NCBI GenBank assembly: GCA_963790205.1
Contig: CAWBNQ010000002.1
Span: forward strand, 32,001-96,000
DNA: 64,000 nucleotides
Origin: Nitrospirota bacterium
Lineage (GTDB): Bacteria; Nitrospirota; UBA9217
Reading direction: 5' to 3'
A program made the position numbers and the translations under genes. Below the pieces are notes generated by a model. It was not told the DNA's origin, made no database searches, and saw nothing but the letters and a program-made list of their open reading frames with translations. Positions 9,885 through 18,974 of the stretch are shown in pieces; position 1 is the stretch's first letter; each line of letters starts with the position of its first letter.

Positions 9885-10377
9885 TCACACGAAGGCACGA
9901 AGCCACGAAGAGGGGAAGTGCTTTTTCCCCGGTCCTATTTGACCTGTCCATTCAAAACGCGGGATATACCATCTTTCATCATGCCTTTACCAAAATTAAG
10001 GAGGTATCCTAGTTTTTTCCCAGTTAATTTCAGATAAGTAAGAACTTGCTTCTTGTGCGCCTTGTTGGCACTTTCAACCGCCTTCACCTCCAGAATGACC
10101 TTGTCTTCCACGATGATATCTGCGCGGAAACCTTCGTCGAATTGAATTCCATGGAATTGTACAGGGATGGGGATCTGTCTCTCGACTTTCAAGCCGGCTT
10201 CTTGAAGCAAATGCGCAAGAAGTACCTCATATACGGTTTCAAGCAGTCCCGGTCCCAGTTCCATGTGAAGGCGCACTGCACAGTCCACAATGATTTTGCC
10301 GATCTCATTCTCGGTCATTTCTTGTTGTGATGTCATTTGGCATCCGCCTTTCTTTGTGGCTTTGTGGCTTCGTGTGA
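9885..10377. repeat. 26-bp inverted repeats of 8-bp tandem units bracketing the GxxExxY gene
   Basis: 9885-9910 TCACACGAAGGCACGAAGCCACGAAG versus reverse complement of 10352-10377 (3 mismatches). Confidence 0.85.
9935..10336 (-). CDS. GxxExxY protein (PD-(D/E)XK-like)
   Basis: LGPGLLETVYE, FRADIIVEDKVILEVK, QVLTYLK and GYLLNFG motifs. Confidence 0.93.
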   Translation of the reverse strand: MTSQQEMTENEIGKIIVDCAVRLHMELGPGLLETVYEVLLAHLLQEAGLKVERQIPIPVQFHGIQFDEGFRADIIVEDKVILEVKAVESANKAHKKQVLTYLKLTGKKLGYLLNFGKGMMKDGISRVLNGQVK

Positions 10378-10400
10378 AGACCGTTGTTGTCTTGCTCTTC

Positions 10401-10995
10401 TTATGTATATTTCCTCACCACCGCCGTCACCACTCCGGCGATCTTGAGCTCGCTCTTCGGTTTAATGGGCTTATACTTGGGGTTCGCCGGCAGGAGCGTG
10501 ACGTTGTCGCCCCGTTTCCGCAGGTATTTCATGGTCCACTGGCCGTCCACCTCGGCGATGACGATGTCTCCGCTCCTGGGCGTTTGCCCCTTGTCCACGA
10601 TCACCATGTCTCCGGGGAGGATGCCCGCGCCGGACATGGAATCGCCGGACACTTTGAGCAGGAACGTGGCCTCGCGGTTCTGGATCAAAAGATCGTCGAG
10701 AGACAGGGTGTCGATCAGCTCTTCCTCCGCAGGGCTCGGGAACCCGGCCTCGACAATGCCGAGGACCCGCACGGGGGACGCGATGGAGCCGGGGACGAGC
10801 CTGCCTTTTTTGTCCCGGCCGAGGACTTTGAGCTTTTCGAGCCTGCCGACAAGCTTGGATACGGCGTTCTTCGACTTGAGGCCCGTCATTGCTCCGATCT
10901 CGGAAAAGCTCGGCATCCTGGCGTTTTTTTTTAAAGAACTGAGCAATGTCTCTGGTCCGGGATTGCAGCTTATCTTCCGATAGGTCTCGTGCCAT
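10401..10995 (-). CDS. lexA: LexA/UmuD-like S24 repressor, frameshifted at an A9 run
   Basis: N-terminus MARDLSEDK...QFFKK from ATG 10995 joins NARMPSFSEIG (wHTH) if one A is removed from A9 (10924-10932). Cleavage site VEAG|FP, catalytic GDSM and TMK. Confidence 0.85.
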
Positions 10996-11001
10996 GGCCC
11001 C

Positions 11002-11030
11002 ATTATAGGTGAACGTTCGTTCACTATCAA
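11002..11030 (-). promoter_or_regulatory. sigma70 promoter with a GAAC-N4-GTTC palindromic operator in the spacer; leaderless transcript
   Basis: TTGATA-N17-TATAAT, then 6 nt to the ATG at 10995. Spacer holds GTGAAC-N4-GTTCAC (11009-11024). Confidence 0.85.
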
Positions 11031-11464
11031 GAGGGATCTCCTCCTCTCAGACAAGCACCGCTATGATGTGTGTCATGGCAGGTTGAGCATGACTGGTCCT
11101 ATACTCGTACCAGGACCGTGATACGCTATATATAGAAGAGGATGTGCAGCCGGAGAAGCGGATAAACCGGAGATGCGAAATGAAACCACACCCTGCACTC
11201 GCGCCGAGCACTCGTAAACGCCGGGTGCGGGCAGAGACACGGAAGAATTCCTGGTTAATACATGAACGTATTATTTTGATTTTCCAATAAGATTCTCCGT
11301 GCTCTCAAGGAAAAAAGCGACGAGAAATAAATAAAGACGGCTGGTAACATGAGGGCACAGAGTGGGAGGATGATCAAGGATGCATTTTGCCTTTAAAATT
11401 CAGAATCTCTCTGCGTGCTTTGTGGTTAATATTGACATTACGACAAGCGGAGAGAGGAGGCGCC

Positions 11465-11686
11465 ATGAAAGAACTGGACGTTACGACCATTGCACCGAAG
11501 GACAGGCACCCGCTGATCTTCAGGACCTTTGACGAACTTAAGAAAGGCGAGGTGTTTGTCCTGGTCAACGACCACGACCCGAAGCCGCTTTATTACAGCT
11601 TTTTGCACGAGCGGGAAGGTCGGTTTGACTGGGAATACATTGAGCAGGGACCGACGACGTGGAAAGTAAAGATATCAAAAAAATGA
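11465..11686 (+). CDS. DUF2249 domain protein
   Basis: LDVTTIAPKDRHPLIF...LVNDHDPKPLYY...GPTTWKVKI; GGAGG RBS. Confidence 0.85.
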   Translation: MKELDVTTIAPKDRHPLIFRTFDELKKGEVFVLVNDHDPKPLYYSFLHEREGRFDWEYIEQGPTTWKVKISKK

Positions 11687-11742
11687 GCCGGGATCGATCT
11701 GAAGATAAGGGGGCAAGAAGCCCTTCAAAAGCGAGGAGTGTT

Positions 11743-11928
11743 ATGTTCCTGAATATTGATTACAGCCTGTGCCAGGGATGCGGCGGGTGCGCCGAGGCCT
11801 ATCCTCAGTTCTTCGAGATGCGCGATGACAAGGCCTGGGTCATCAATGCCGAAAAGTTCAAGACGGAAGAGCACAAGGACATCCTCCTGGTTTGTCCCTA
11901 TTATGCTATATCGATAGAACAGGGGTGA
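11743..11928 (+). CDS. monocluster ferredoxin
   Basis: CQGCGGC plus distal CP..AI; GAGGAG RBS. Confidence 0.85.
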   Translation: MFLNIDYSLCQGCGGCAEAYPQFFEMRDDKAWVINAEKFKTEEHKDILLVCPYYAISIEQG

Positions 11929-11953
11929 GCGGTAGAGCGTCCCTTCCCTCGTC

Positions 11954-13324
11954 CTAGTCGGTCTTCATGCGCATATTACCGCTCCGTTTTTTCACGTCCC
12001 GCGGCGGGGTAACGGTATCGAGCAGCTTTAAAAAAAGCCCCCGTGCCTCTTCGCTCGATAGGGAACCGAGGTGCGTCTCGTTCAGTCCGAAAATCTTGAC
12101 GGCGTCCGCTTGCACCCAGGGCGGAAGCTGGGAGCGCAGCGTGACGGTTCCGTCGCTGCTCTCACCCAGTTTGAACGTTGACGGATCATTGTAGGTGAAG
12201 AAGAGGTAGAAAGGCAGCGTGTTCGGGAACTGCCGGCGGGCGAGGTCCTGGAGAAAAACGCTTCCCGCCGCGAGGTCTCGCCATACGGGTACGACGACGG
12301 GAGCGCCCTCTGCGCCAATCCGGGCGTCCTCACTGCCGGCGTAGGGAGTCGAAAAAGAGCAGTACATTTTCAGGGATGCGGGGAAGCCCTCTGCAGAGAG
12401 TTTGTTGATCGCCGATAACGCAACAAGGCCTCCCATGCTGTGGGCCGCCAGCACGATCTTATGCCCGCTGTTCTTCGAATACTTGTCGATGGTTTCAATC
12501 ATCTCCGCGAGCAAGGCCCCCATTTTGTCCAGCGGCAGACCGGACGGATAAAAAAAGAAGAACGGCTGAAAGCGGCTTCGGTCCAGACCCTCCACCATAT
12601 ACTTCCAGTCCCTCGGCGTTCCCGAAATGCCGTGGACAAAGAGGACGGTGGTCTTTTCCTCGTTGTAATTCTCGATGCCGAAGAAGAAGCCCTGTGTATG
12701 GGCTATTAACTCCGTAGGATTGTAGAGACCCATGGTGCCGTATTTCGGGTCGAAAAACCCGTCATCGAGGGACTTATAGACGTAGCTGGTGGGTCGAACG
12801 GTTTCGCTCAGATGGAAGTCTACCTTGCCGGGATGATCGAAATTCACGGTGATCGGCGGGCCCTCAACAATCGCTCCGTCTTTGGAATGTTGGGCGTTGA
12901 CGGTCACCTTCGCCCGGCCGATAAGCTCATTCCCCTCGAAGTCCCCGTTCTTATCCAGGTCCGCGAAAATAAAAAGCTCGTAATCTCCCCTGGGGAGGAA
13001 CGCCATGTAGTAGGTATCCATCTGAAGTTGCACGACCGCAACTTTCTCGTTCTGCTGATATCGCTGGCTGACTGCCACGAGCAGCAGGGGCTTCTCCCTC
13101 TGCTGAAGCTTGATGACGGGTCCGGCAAGGATGAGGGAGTCCTCGGGCGCGAATTTGTTCAACGCCGACATGCTGGGTATGTACCGGAAGGTCTGGCGCC
13201 AGTGCGTCTGGCGAGCATAGAAGCCGCCGTAGCTGCAGCCGGACAGGATCAGAGCGATGGATAGAAAAAGGGGAATGATGATCGGACCATGGATGAGCCG
13301 CAAGCGGAGATCACGCTGAACCAT
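11954..13324 (-). CDS. alpha/beta-hydrolase, probable lipoprotein
   Basis: Lipobox LSGC, FVHGISG and AHSMGG nucleophile elbow. Confidence 0.8.
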   Translation of the reverse strand: MVQRDLRLRLIHGPIIIPLFLSIALILSGCSYGGFYARQTHWRQTFRYIPSMSALNKFAPEDSLILAGPVIKLQQREKPLLLVAVSQRYQQNEKVAVVQLQMDTYYMAFLPRGDYELFIFADLDKNGDFEGNELIGRAKVTVNAQHSKDGAIVEGPPITVNFDHPGKVDFHLSETVRPTSYVYKSLDDGFFDPKYGTMGLYNPTELIAHTQGFFFGIENYNEEKTTVLFVHGISGTPRDWKYMVEGLDRSRFQPFFFFYPSGLPLDKMGALLAEMIETIDKYSKNSGHKIVLAAHSMGGLVALSAINKLSAEGFPASLKMYCSFSTPYAGSEDARIGAEGAPVVVPVWRDLAAGSVFLQDLARRQFPNTLPFYLFFTYNDPSTFKLGESSDGTVTLRSQLPPWVQADAVKIFGLNETHLGSLSSEEARGLFLKLLDTVTPPRDVKKRSGNMRMKTD

Positions 13325-13377
13325 AGGGTATCCATTCTCCTTTATCAGGGCGATAGGGGGGCTTAATCAGATCCGGT

Positions 13378-15492
13378 TTACCGGTAAAATGTTTTTCCTT
13401 GTAGTGCCATCTCGACCAACAGGGGAGGAGGGGTGAAGCGGTCTCCCTGTTTTTTTGCGTACCCTTCGAGCTTCCCGACAATGACCTTGATGCCGGTCGT
13501 GTCCGCGTACTTGAGCAGACCGCCGCGAAAAGGAGGAAAGCCGATGCCGAAGATGAGGGCCGCATCGAGCAGGTCCGGTCTTTCGACGATCTTCTCTTCG
13601 AGACAGAGCGCAGCCTCTTTTACCATGAGCAGGACAGTCCGGTCCACGATCTCTTCGGGAAGAACCTTTTTTTTGCTCCCGGCAGCGATCTTTCCGTAGA
13701 TCGAACTGTCCGGCCCTCCCCGTTTTTTACCGTGATAGAGGTAAAACCCCTTCCTGTTCTTCTTGCCGTAGTATCCTTCCCGGTATAAGGCGCCGAGCAG
13801 CGGCGACGGTTTTACGCGCGCGCCCAAACCCTGGTAAATGATCTCCGAGACCTTATGCGCGATGTCGATGCCGGTTTCGTCGAGAAGAATAAAAGCGCCC
13901 ATGGGCATGCCGAACTGAAGGAGTGTCCGGTCGATCTCGTCGATCGTTCCGCCCTCCTCGAGCAGGGCGACCGCTTCGCCGAGGTAAGGCATCAGGATGC
14001 GGTTCACGAGAAAACCGGGTCCATCGTTCACAACCACCGGAAGCTTGCCTATTTTACGCGAGAGCGTTGAGATTGCCGCGACGGTTTCCTCCGAGGTTTT
14101 TCCGCCGCGTACGATCTCAACGAGCGGCATCTTCTCCACGGGATTAAAAAAATGCATGCCGACGACCCTGCCCGGACGGCTCGACGCTGTTGCCATCTCG
14201 GTGATCGAGAGGGACGATGTATTCGATGCGAAGATCGCGTTTTCGCCGGCCTCGGTCTCAAAATCCCGGAGCACGGATTTTTTGACGTCCATGTTCTCGA
14301 CCACGGCCTCGACGGCCACGTCGGCTTTCCTGAAGCCTGAATAATCCGTGGTGCCGGTGATCCGGTCAAAGCCGTCCCGCGCCTGGATCGCTGTCAGGAC
14401 CCCCTTTTTTGCTCTCTTGCTGAAAATGTCCCAGGCTTCCCTGAGTCCTGCTCCGACGGCCCTGGTATTGATGTCTTTTACTCTGACCGTGATGCCCCTC
14501 TCGGCAAAGAGCTGGGCAATGCCGCCGCCCATGACGCCGGCGCCGAGCACTCCGGCATTGACGATCTTCACAGGCGAGGGGCGGGGATCTTTTCTCAGCG
14601 CTTCGTTCAAATAAAAGACGGAGATCAGGTTCTTCGACACCTCGGTCGGTGCGAGCCGGCCAAGAAGCCTTGCTTCGTTTGCAAATCCTGCCTCTCTGCT
14701 GTAGGTCATTCCAGAGCGTACGGACTCCAGTGCCGCGAGCGGTGCGGGATAGTTGCCGTGCGTTTCTTTGAGGATGTTCTTTTTCGCTGTCCGATATATG
14801 AGGGTCCTCGTGAGTGGATTTCCTTCTATCAGCTTGATGATGAGCGGTCTTTTTGCCCGGATAGCTGTTTTTTTCGGCTTTCCGATCGCTGTCTTTGCCA
14901 TGACAAGGGCCCTTTGCACGAGGATTTCTTTATAGGTCACCTCGTCGGCGAGGCCGATCTTTCGTGCTTTCCTGGCGTAGACGGACTTGCCGGTGAGGAT
15001 CATGTCGAGGGCGTTCGTGAGCCCAATCAGGCGCGGCAGACGCTGCGTGCCGCCAAAGCCGGGAATGATGCCGAGTTTTACTTCGGGAAGGGCGAGGGCT
15101 GTTTTCTGGTCGTTGCTGATGATCCGATAAGCGCAGGCCAGGGCAAGCTCCATTCCGCCGCCCATGCAGGGACCGTGGATGGCGGCCACGGTGGGAAAGG
15201 GCAGGGACTCGAGCTTGCTGAAGACCGCCTGACCCTTGCGGGCGAGCTGCTCGCCGGCTTCAGGGTCCGTGATGTTCCTTATTTCAGCGATGTCCGCGCC
15301 GACAATGAAGTTTGCGTCCTTGCCGCTCCTGAACACGAGCGCTTTGATCTCCTTTTTGGCCCCAAGTTCATCGAGCAACGCGCTGAACTCTTCCATAACG
15401 GATGTTGTGAGCTTGTTTACCTTTTCACCGGGCAGGTCGAAGGTAAGAATCGCGATGCCGTCTTGCCCGATTTCATATGTGAACGCCGCCAT
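13378..15492 (-). CDS. fadJ: fatty-acid oxidation complex alpha subunit (enoyl-CoA hydratase/3-hydroxyacyl-CoA dehydrogenase)
   Basis: FIVGADI, GGGMELALAC, GAGVMGGGIA, ASNTSSL and GMHFFNPV motifs. Confidence 0.92.
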   Translation of the reverse strand: MAAFTYEIGQDGIAILTFDLPGEKVNKLTTSVMEEFSALLDELGAKKEIKALVFRSGKDANFIVGADIAEIRNITDPEAGEQLARKGQAVFSKLESLPFPTVAAIHGPCMGGGMELALACAYRIISNDQKTALALPEVKLGIIPGFGGTQRLPRLIGLTNALDMILTGKSVYARKARKIGLADEVTYKEILVQRALVMAKTAIGKPKKTAIRAKRPLIIKLIEGNPLTRTLIYRTAKKNILKETHGNYPAPLAALESVRSGMTYSREAGFANEARLLGRLAPTEVSKNLISVFYLNEALRKDPRPSPVKIVNAGVLGAGVMGGGIAQLFAERGITVRVKDINTRAVGAGLREAWDIFSKRAKKGVLTAIQARDGFDRITGTTDYSGFRKADVAVEAVVENMDVKKSVLRDFETEAGENAIFASNTSSLSITEMATASSRPGRVVGMHFFNPVEKMPLVEIVRGGKTSEETVAAISTLSRKIGKLPVVVNDGPGFLVNRILMPYLGEAVALLEEGGTIDEIDRTLLQFGMPMGAFILLDETGIDIAHKVSEIIYQGLGARVKPSPLLGALYREGYYGKKNRKGFYLYHGKKRGGPDSSIYGKIAAGSKKKVLPEEIVDRTVLLMVKEAALCLEEKIVERPDLLDAALIFGIGFPPFRGGLLKYADTTGIKVIVGKLEGYAKKQGDRFTPPPLLVEMALQGKTFYR

Positions 15493-15618
15493 GTGTTGTC
15501 TCCGCTGGAAATCCCAAAATACAAATACCAAATTTCAATGACGCAACGACGCAACGTTTTGAATTTTGCGCATTGGCGCTTGGAGGTTGTTTGTCATTTA
15601 GTGCCTGATATCTGGTAT

Positions 15619-16902
15619 TTATCTTCTCTCCACGATCACGGCCCCGCCCTGGCCGCCGCCGATGCAAAGGGTCGCAAGGCCGGTGGAGAGTCCGCGCCGC
15701 TCCATCTCTTTAAGGAGCGTGATCACGATCCTGATGCCCGATGATCCCACGGGATGGCCGACCGCAATGGCGCCGCCGTTCACGTTCATGATGTCCCGCC
15801 TGAACTCGCCGATCGGCTCCTCGCCGGGGAGGTGTTTTGCAAAGTATTCCTTCGATACCGCGGCCCGTTCGACAGCGATGATCTGGGCCGCAAAAGCCTC
15901 GTTCAATTCGACCAACTCGATATCTTTCATCTTCATACCGGCAAGCTTAAGCGCCTTGTGAGACGCGTAGAGCGGACTGATGCCCATGCGCGAAGGGTCG
16001 AATCCGGCAAAGGCGACCGTTTTCATAAAGCCGAGGGGCTTAAGCCCGAGTTTGTTCGCCTTTTCAGCGCTCATCACGAGCGCCGCTGCGGCGCCGTCGG
16101 TGATGGGCGACGAATTCCCGGCCGTCACGGTCCCGTACCGTTTATCAAAGTAAGGGCGCAATTTTTCGAGCGCTTCCATGGTCTGGTTTTTACGCGGTCC
16201 GCTGTCCTCTTCCACGGCATCGAGCTTTGGCGGCACGTAGAACGGTATTATTTCGTTCTTGAACTTGCCGGCCTCGTTCGCAGCGGCCCAGCGGCGGTGG
16301 CTCGCGAGCGCCAGCTCGTCCTGCTCGCGGCGGGTGATGCCGAAGTCGCGCACGAGCACTTCGGCGGTCTCGCCCATGATCAGGCCGGAGATCGGATCGG
16401 TGAGCCCTTGAATGAGGCCCGCCACCGGGAGGAAGTCACGCGGCCGGAGAGAGAGAATCGCTTTGACCTTGGCGCCGAAAGCCTTTGATCGCCGGACCGC
16501 CGTAATGGCACTCTGGAGCTTCTTCGACATCAGGAAGCCGTAGTTCGACATGGATTCCACGCCGCCGACGAGCACCACTTCGCTCATACCTGCCAGGATC
16601 TGCGTGTACGCGCTCGCCGCTGCCTGCATGCCGGAGGCGCAGTTCCGCTGTACGCTGTACGCCGGGATATGCTCCGGGAGGCCCGCACGGAGCGCGATGA
16701 CGCGGGCGATGTTTGCGGCTTCCGCCGGCATGCCGGCGTTGCCGACGATCACCTCATCGATGAGATCCTTGTCGATGCCGGTGCGTGCGATGAGCTCTTT
16801 CACCACGGCAGCGCCAAGGTCTACGGCAGGCACATCCTTGAAGGCCGTGCCTGCCTTGGCGTAGGGGGTGCGAAAACCGTCTATGATGACGACATCTTTC
16901 AT
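15619..16902 (-). CDS. fadI: acetyl-CoA C-acyltransferase (thiolase)
   Basis: NCASG, NEAFA, GHPVG and CIGGGQG motifs; adjacent to the alpha subunit gene. Confidence 0.92.
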   Translation of the reverse strand: MKDVVIIDGFRTPYAKAGTAFKDVPAVDLGAAVVKELIARTGIDKDLIDEVIVGNAGMPAEAANIARVIALRAGLPEHIPAYSVQRNCASGMQAAASAYTQILAGMSEVVLVGGVESMSNYGFLMSKKLQSAITAVRRSKAFGAKVKAILSLRPRDFLPVAGLIQGLTDPISGLIMGETAEVLVRDFGITRREQDELALASHRRWAAANEAGKFKNEIIPFYVPPKLDAVEEDSGPRKNQTMEALEKLRPYFDKRYGTVTAGNSSPITDGAAAALVMSAEKANKLGLKPLGFMKTVAFAGFDPSRMGISPLYASHKALKLAGMKMKDIELVELNEAFAAQIIAVERAAVSKEYFAKHLPGEEPIGEFRRDIMNVNGGAIAVGHPVGSSGIRIVITLLKEMERRGLSTGLATLCIGGGQGGAVIVERR

Positions 16903-17013
16903 GATTCCCTCAAATGGCGGTACCTGTTCGAAGTACGAATATCTAAATCCGAAATAAACTCGGATCGCTCAATTTAAAACTTGAATTGCCGGCGTTTCGA
17001 TATGGTTTAGAGC

Positions 17014-18723
17014 TTAGGATTTAGGATTTTGAGTCCGTTCCTTCTTCATCTCCTCGTCCCTGAGCACTCTTCTCAGCACCTTGCCCACGAGCGTCTTCGG
17101 CAGCTCCTTGCGGAACTCGACCTCCTTCGGCACCTTGAACTTGGAGAGCTGCTCCCGGCAGAACTGGATGATCTCCGCGGCGGTCGCGGTCTCGCCCTCC
17201 TTGAGCACTATGTACGCCTTGATCTCCTCGCCCAGAAATTCCTGGGGAATGCCGACGACGACGGCATCCTTCACCTTGGGGTGCATGAACAGCACTTCCT
17301 CGACTTCGCGCGGATAGACGTTCTCGCCCACGGTCTTGATCATGTCCTTGATCCTGTCTACGATATAGAAATAGCCGTCTTCGTCCATTTTTGCGATATC
17401 GCCGGTATGGAGCCATCCGCCGCGCAAAGCATGGGCCGTCTCCCGGGGCTTGTTCCAGTATTCCTTCATTACTTGGGGGCCTTTGACCACCAGTTCTCCG
17501 GCTTCGCCCACGGGAAGTACCTTTTCGCCAGTCTCGATGTCCACGATTCGCGCTTCGGTGTCCGGCCAGGGAAGTCCGATGCTGCCGACCTTGCGCTTGC
17601 CGAAGATGGGGTTGGCGTGGGTTACCGGCGATGCCTCGGACAGGCCGTAGCCCTCGACGATCCGCGCCGCGGTCAGGTGCTCGAACCGCTCCTGTACCTC
17701 GTGCATGAGCGGGCCCGCGCCGCTGATCGCGACCTTGAGCGATGTCAGGTCGTACTTATTGATCTTCGAATAGTTGCCGATTGCGAGGTACATTGCCTGG
17801 ATGCCGGGGAATATTTCCGCCCGGTATTTCTGGATGGAATGGAGGACCTCTTTCGTATGAAACTTCGGAAGGAGGACCAGCGACGCTCCGATAAGGACCC
17901 CGAGGTTCATGGCCGTGGTCATGCCGTATACATGGAAGAAGGGGATGACCGCAAGGATGACCGCTTCTCCTTCATTCCTCAGGGTGAGCCAGGTTTTGCA
18001 CTGCACCGCATTCACCACGAGGTTGCGGTGGGTCAGGACCGCTCCCTTGGGTATGCCCGTCGTACCGCCGGTGTACTGCAGGAGGGCGACGTCGTCGGCT
18101 GAAACGGACAGGTCAGCCGGAGCGGGCGACTCTTGCTTGATGAGATCAAGAAAATCGTATATCGGCGGCACGCGTTTGACGCTTACCCACTGCTTCTCGA
18201 TCTTCGCCTTGAGGGGGTAGAGAAGGTTTTTCGGGAACGGCAGAAAGTCCTTGATGCCGCAAAGGATCAGGTTCCTGACGTCCGTCCGGGGAAGAACGCG
18301 GGAGATGACGGGATAGAACATATCCACGGCCACGAGCGTCTCAGCTCCGCTGTCCTTGAGCTGTATCTCCAGTTCGTGCTCATGGTAGAGAGGGTTGGTC
18401 GGCACGGCAACGGCGCCGGACCGAAGCGTTCCGTAGTAGGCGATGACCATCTGCGGGATGTTCGGAAGCATGAGCGCCACACGATCGCCTTTTTCGACCC
18501 CGAGACCGGTGAGGGCGCGGGCGAACTGGTTCGCCAGGCGATCGAGTTCGCCATAGGTTATCTTCTTTCCGTAAAACAGGAGCGCGGAATGGTCGGAGAA
18601 CTTCGATGCGGTCTGGGACAGGACTCCTCCCAGCGTGCTATCAGGATAGTTCACGCCGGCGGGAACGCCGGCTTCGTAGAACTTGGTCCAGGGATGCTCG
18701 GTATATGACAGGACAGCGTCCAT
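17014..18723 (-). CDS. fadD: long-chain fatty acid-CoA ligase
   Basis: YTGGTTGIPKG, EGYGLSE, LHTGD and VGKVLRR motifs. Confidence 0.93.
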   Translation of the reverse strand: MDAVLSYTEHPWTKFYEAGVPAGVNYPDSTLGGVLSQTASKFSDHSALLFYGKKITYGELDRLANQFARALTGLGVEKGDRVALMLPNIPQMVIAYYGTLRSGAVAVPTNPLYHEHELEIQLKDSGAETLVAVDMFYPVISRVLPRTDVRNLILCGIKDFLPFPKNLLYPLKAKIEKQWVSVKRVPPIYDFLDLIKQESPAPADLSVSADDVALLQYTGGTTGIPKGAVLTHRNLVVNAVQCKTWLTLRNEGEAVILAVIPFFHVYGMTTAMNLGVLIGASLVLLPKFHTKEVLHSIQKYRAEIFPGIQAMYLAIGNYSKINKYDLTSLKVAISGAGPLMHEVQERFEHLTAARIVEGYGLSEASPVTHANPIFGKRKVGSIGLPWPDTEARIVDIETGEKVLPVGEAGELVVKGPQVMKEYWNKPRETAHALRGGWLHTGDIAKMDEDGYFYIVDRIKDMIKTVGENVYPREVEEVLFMHPKVKDAVVVGIPQEFLGEEIKAYIVLKEGETATAAEIIQFCREQLSKFKVPKEVEFRKELPKTLVGKVLRRVLRDEEMKKERTQNPKS

Positions 18724-18974
18724 AAAATGCCTTCCGAAGAGGACAGCATAGAATAATAATTAATTCCCGGCTTCTCGTCAACAGCCGGAGAAGTATTTAA
18801 GACATAAATTGTCCTCGATACTTCTTAATTCAATTATACCACATCCCTAGTACTCCGGTATGACGGGTTATTCTTCCGGAACGCTTCGCGTACACTCACG
18901 GTTCCTGTCACGAACCGATCAATTACGAGACGCAGTTATCATTTGGCGAGTCGCCTTGTTATTATGAATGAAAT

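Noticed and set aside
10996..11054. Extended lexA N-terminus (MSERRRSLL...) from the ORF track
   Set aside because: It runs across the -35/-10 promoter and operator. The ATG at 10995 fits the promoter and gives a more plausible first helix.
11370..11445. FNR-like box upstream of the DUF2249 gene
   Set aside because: Half-site spacing and symmetry do not fit the consensus.
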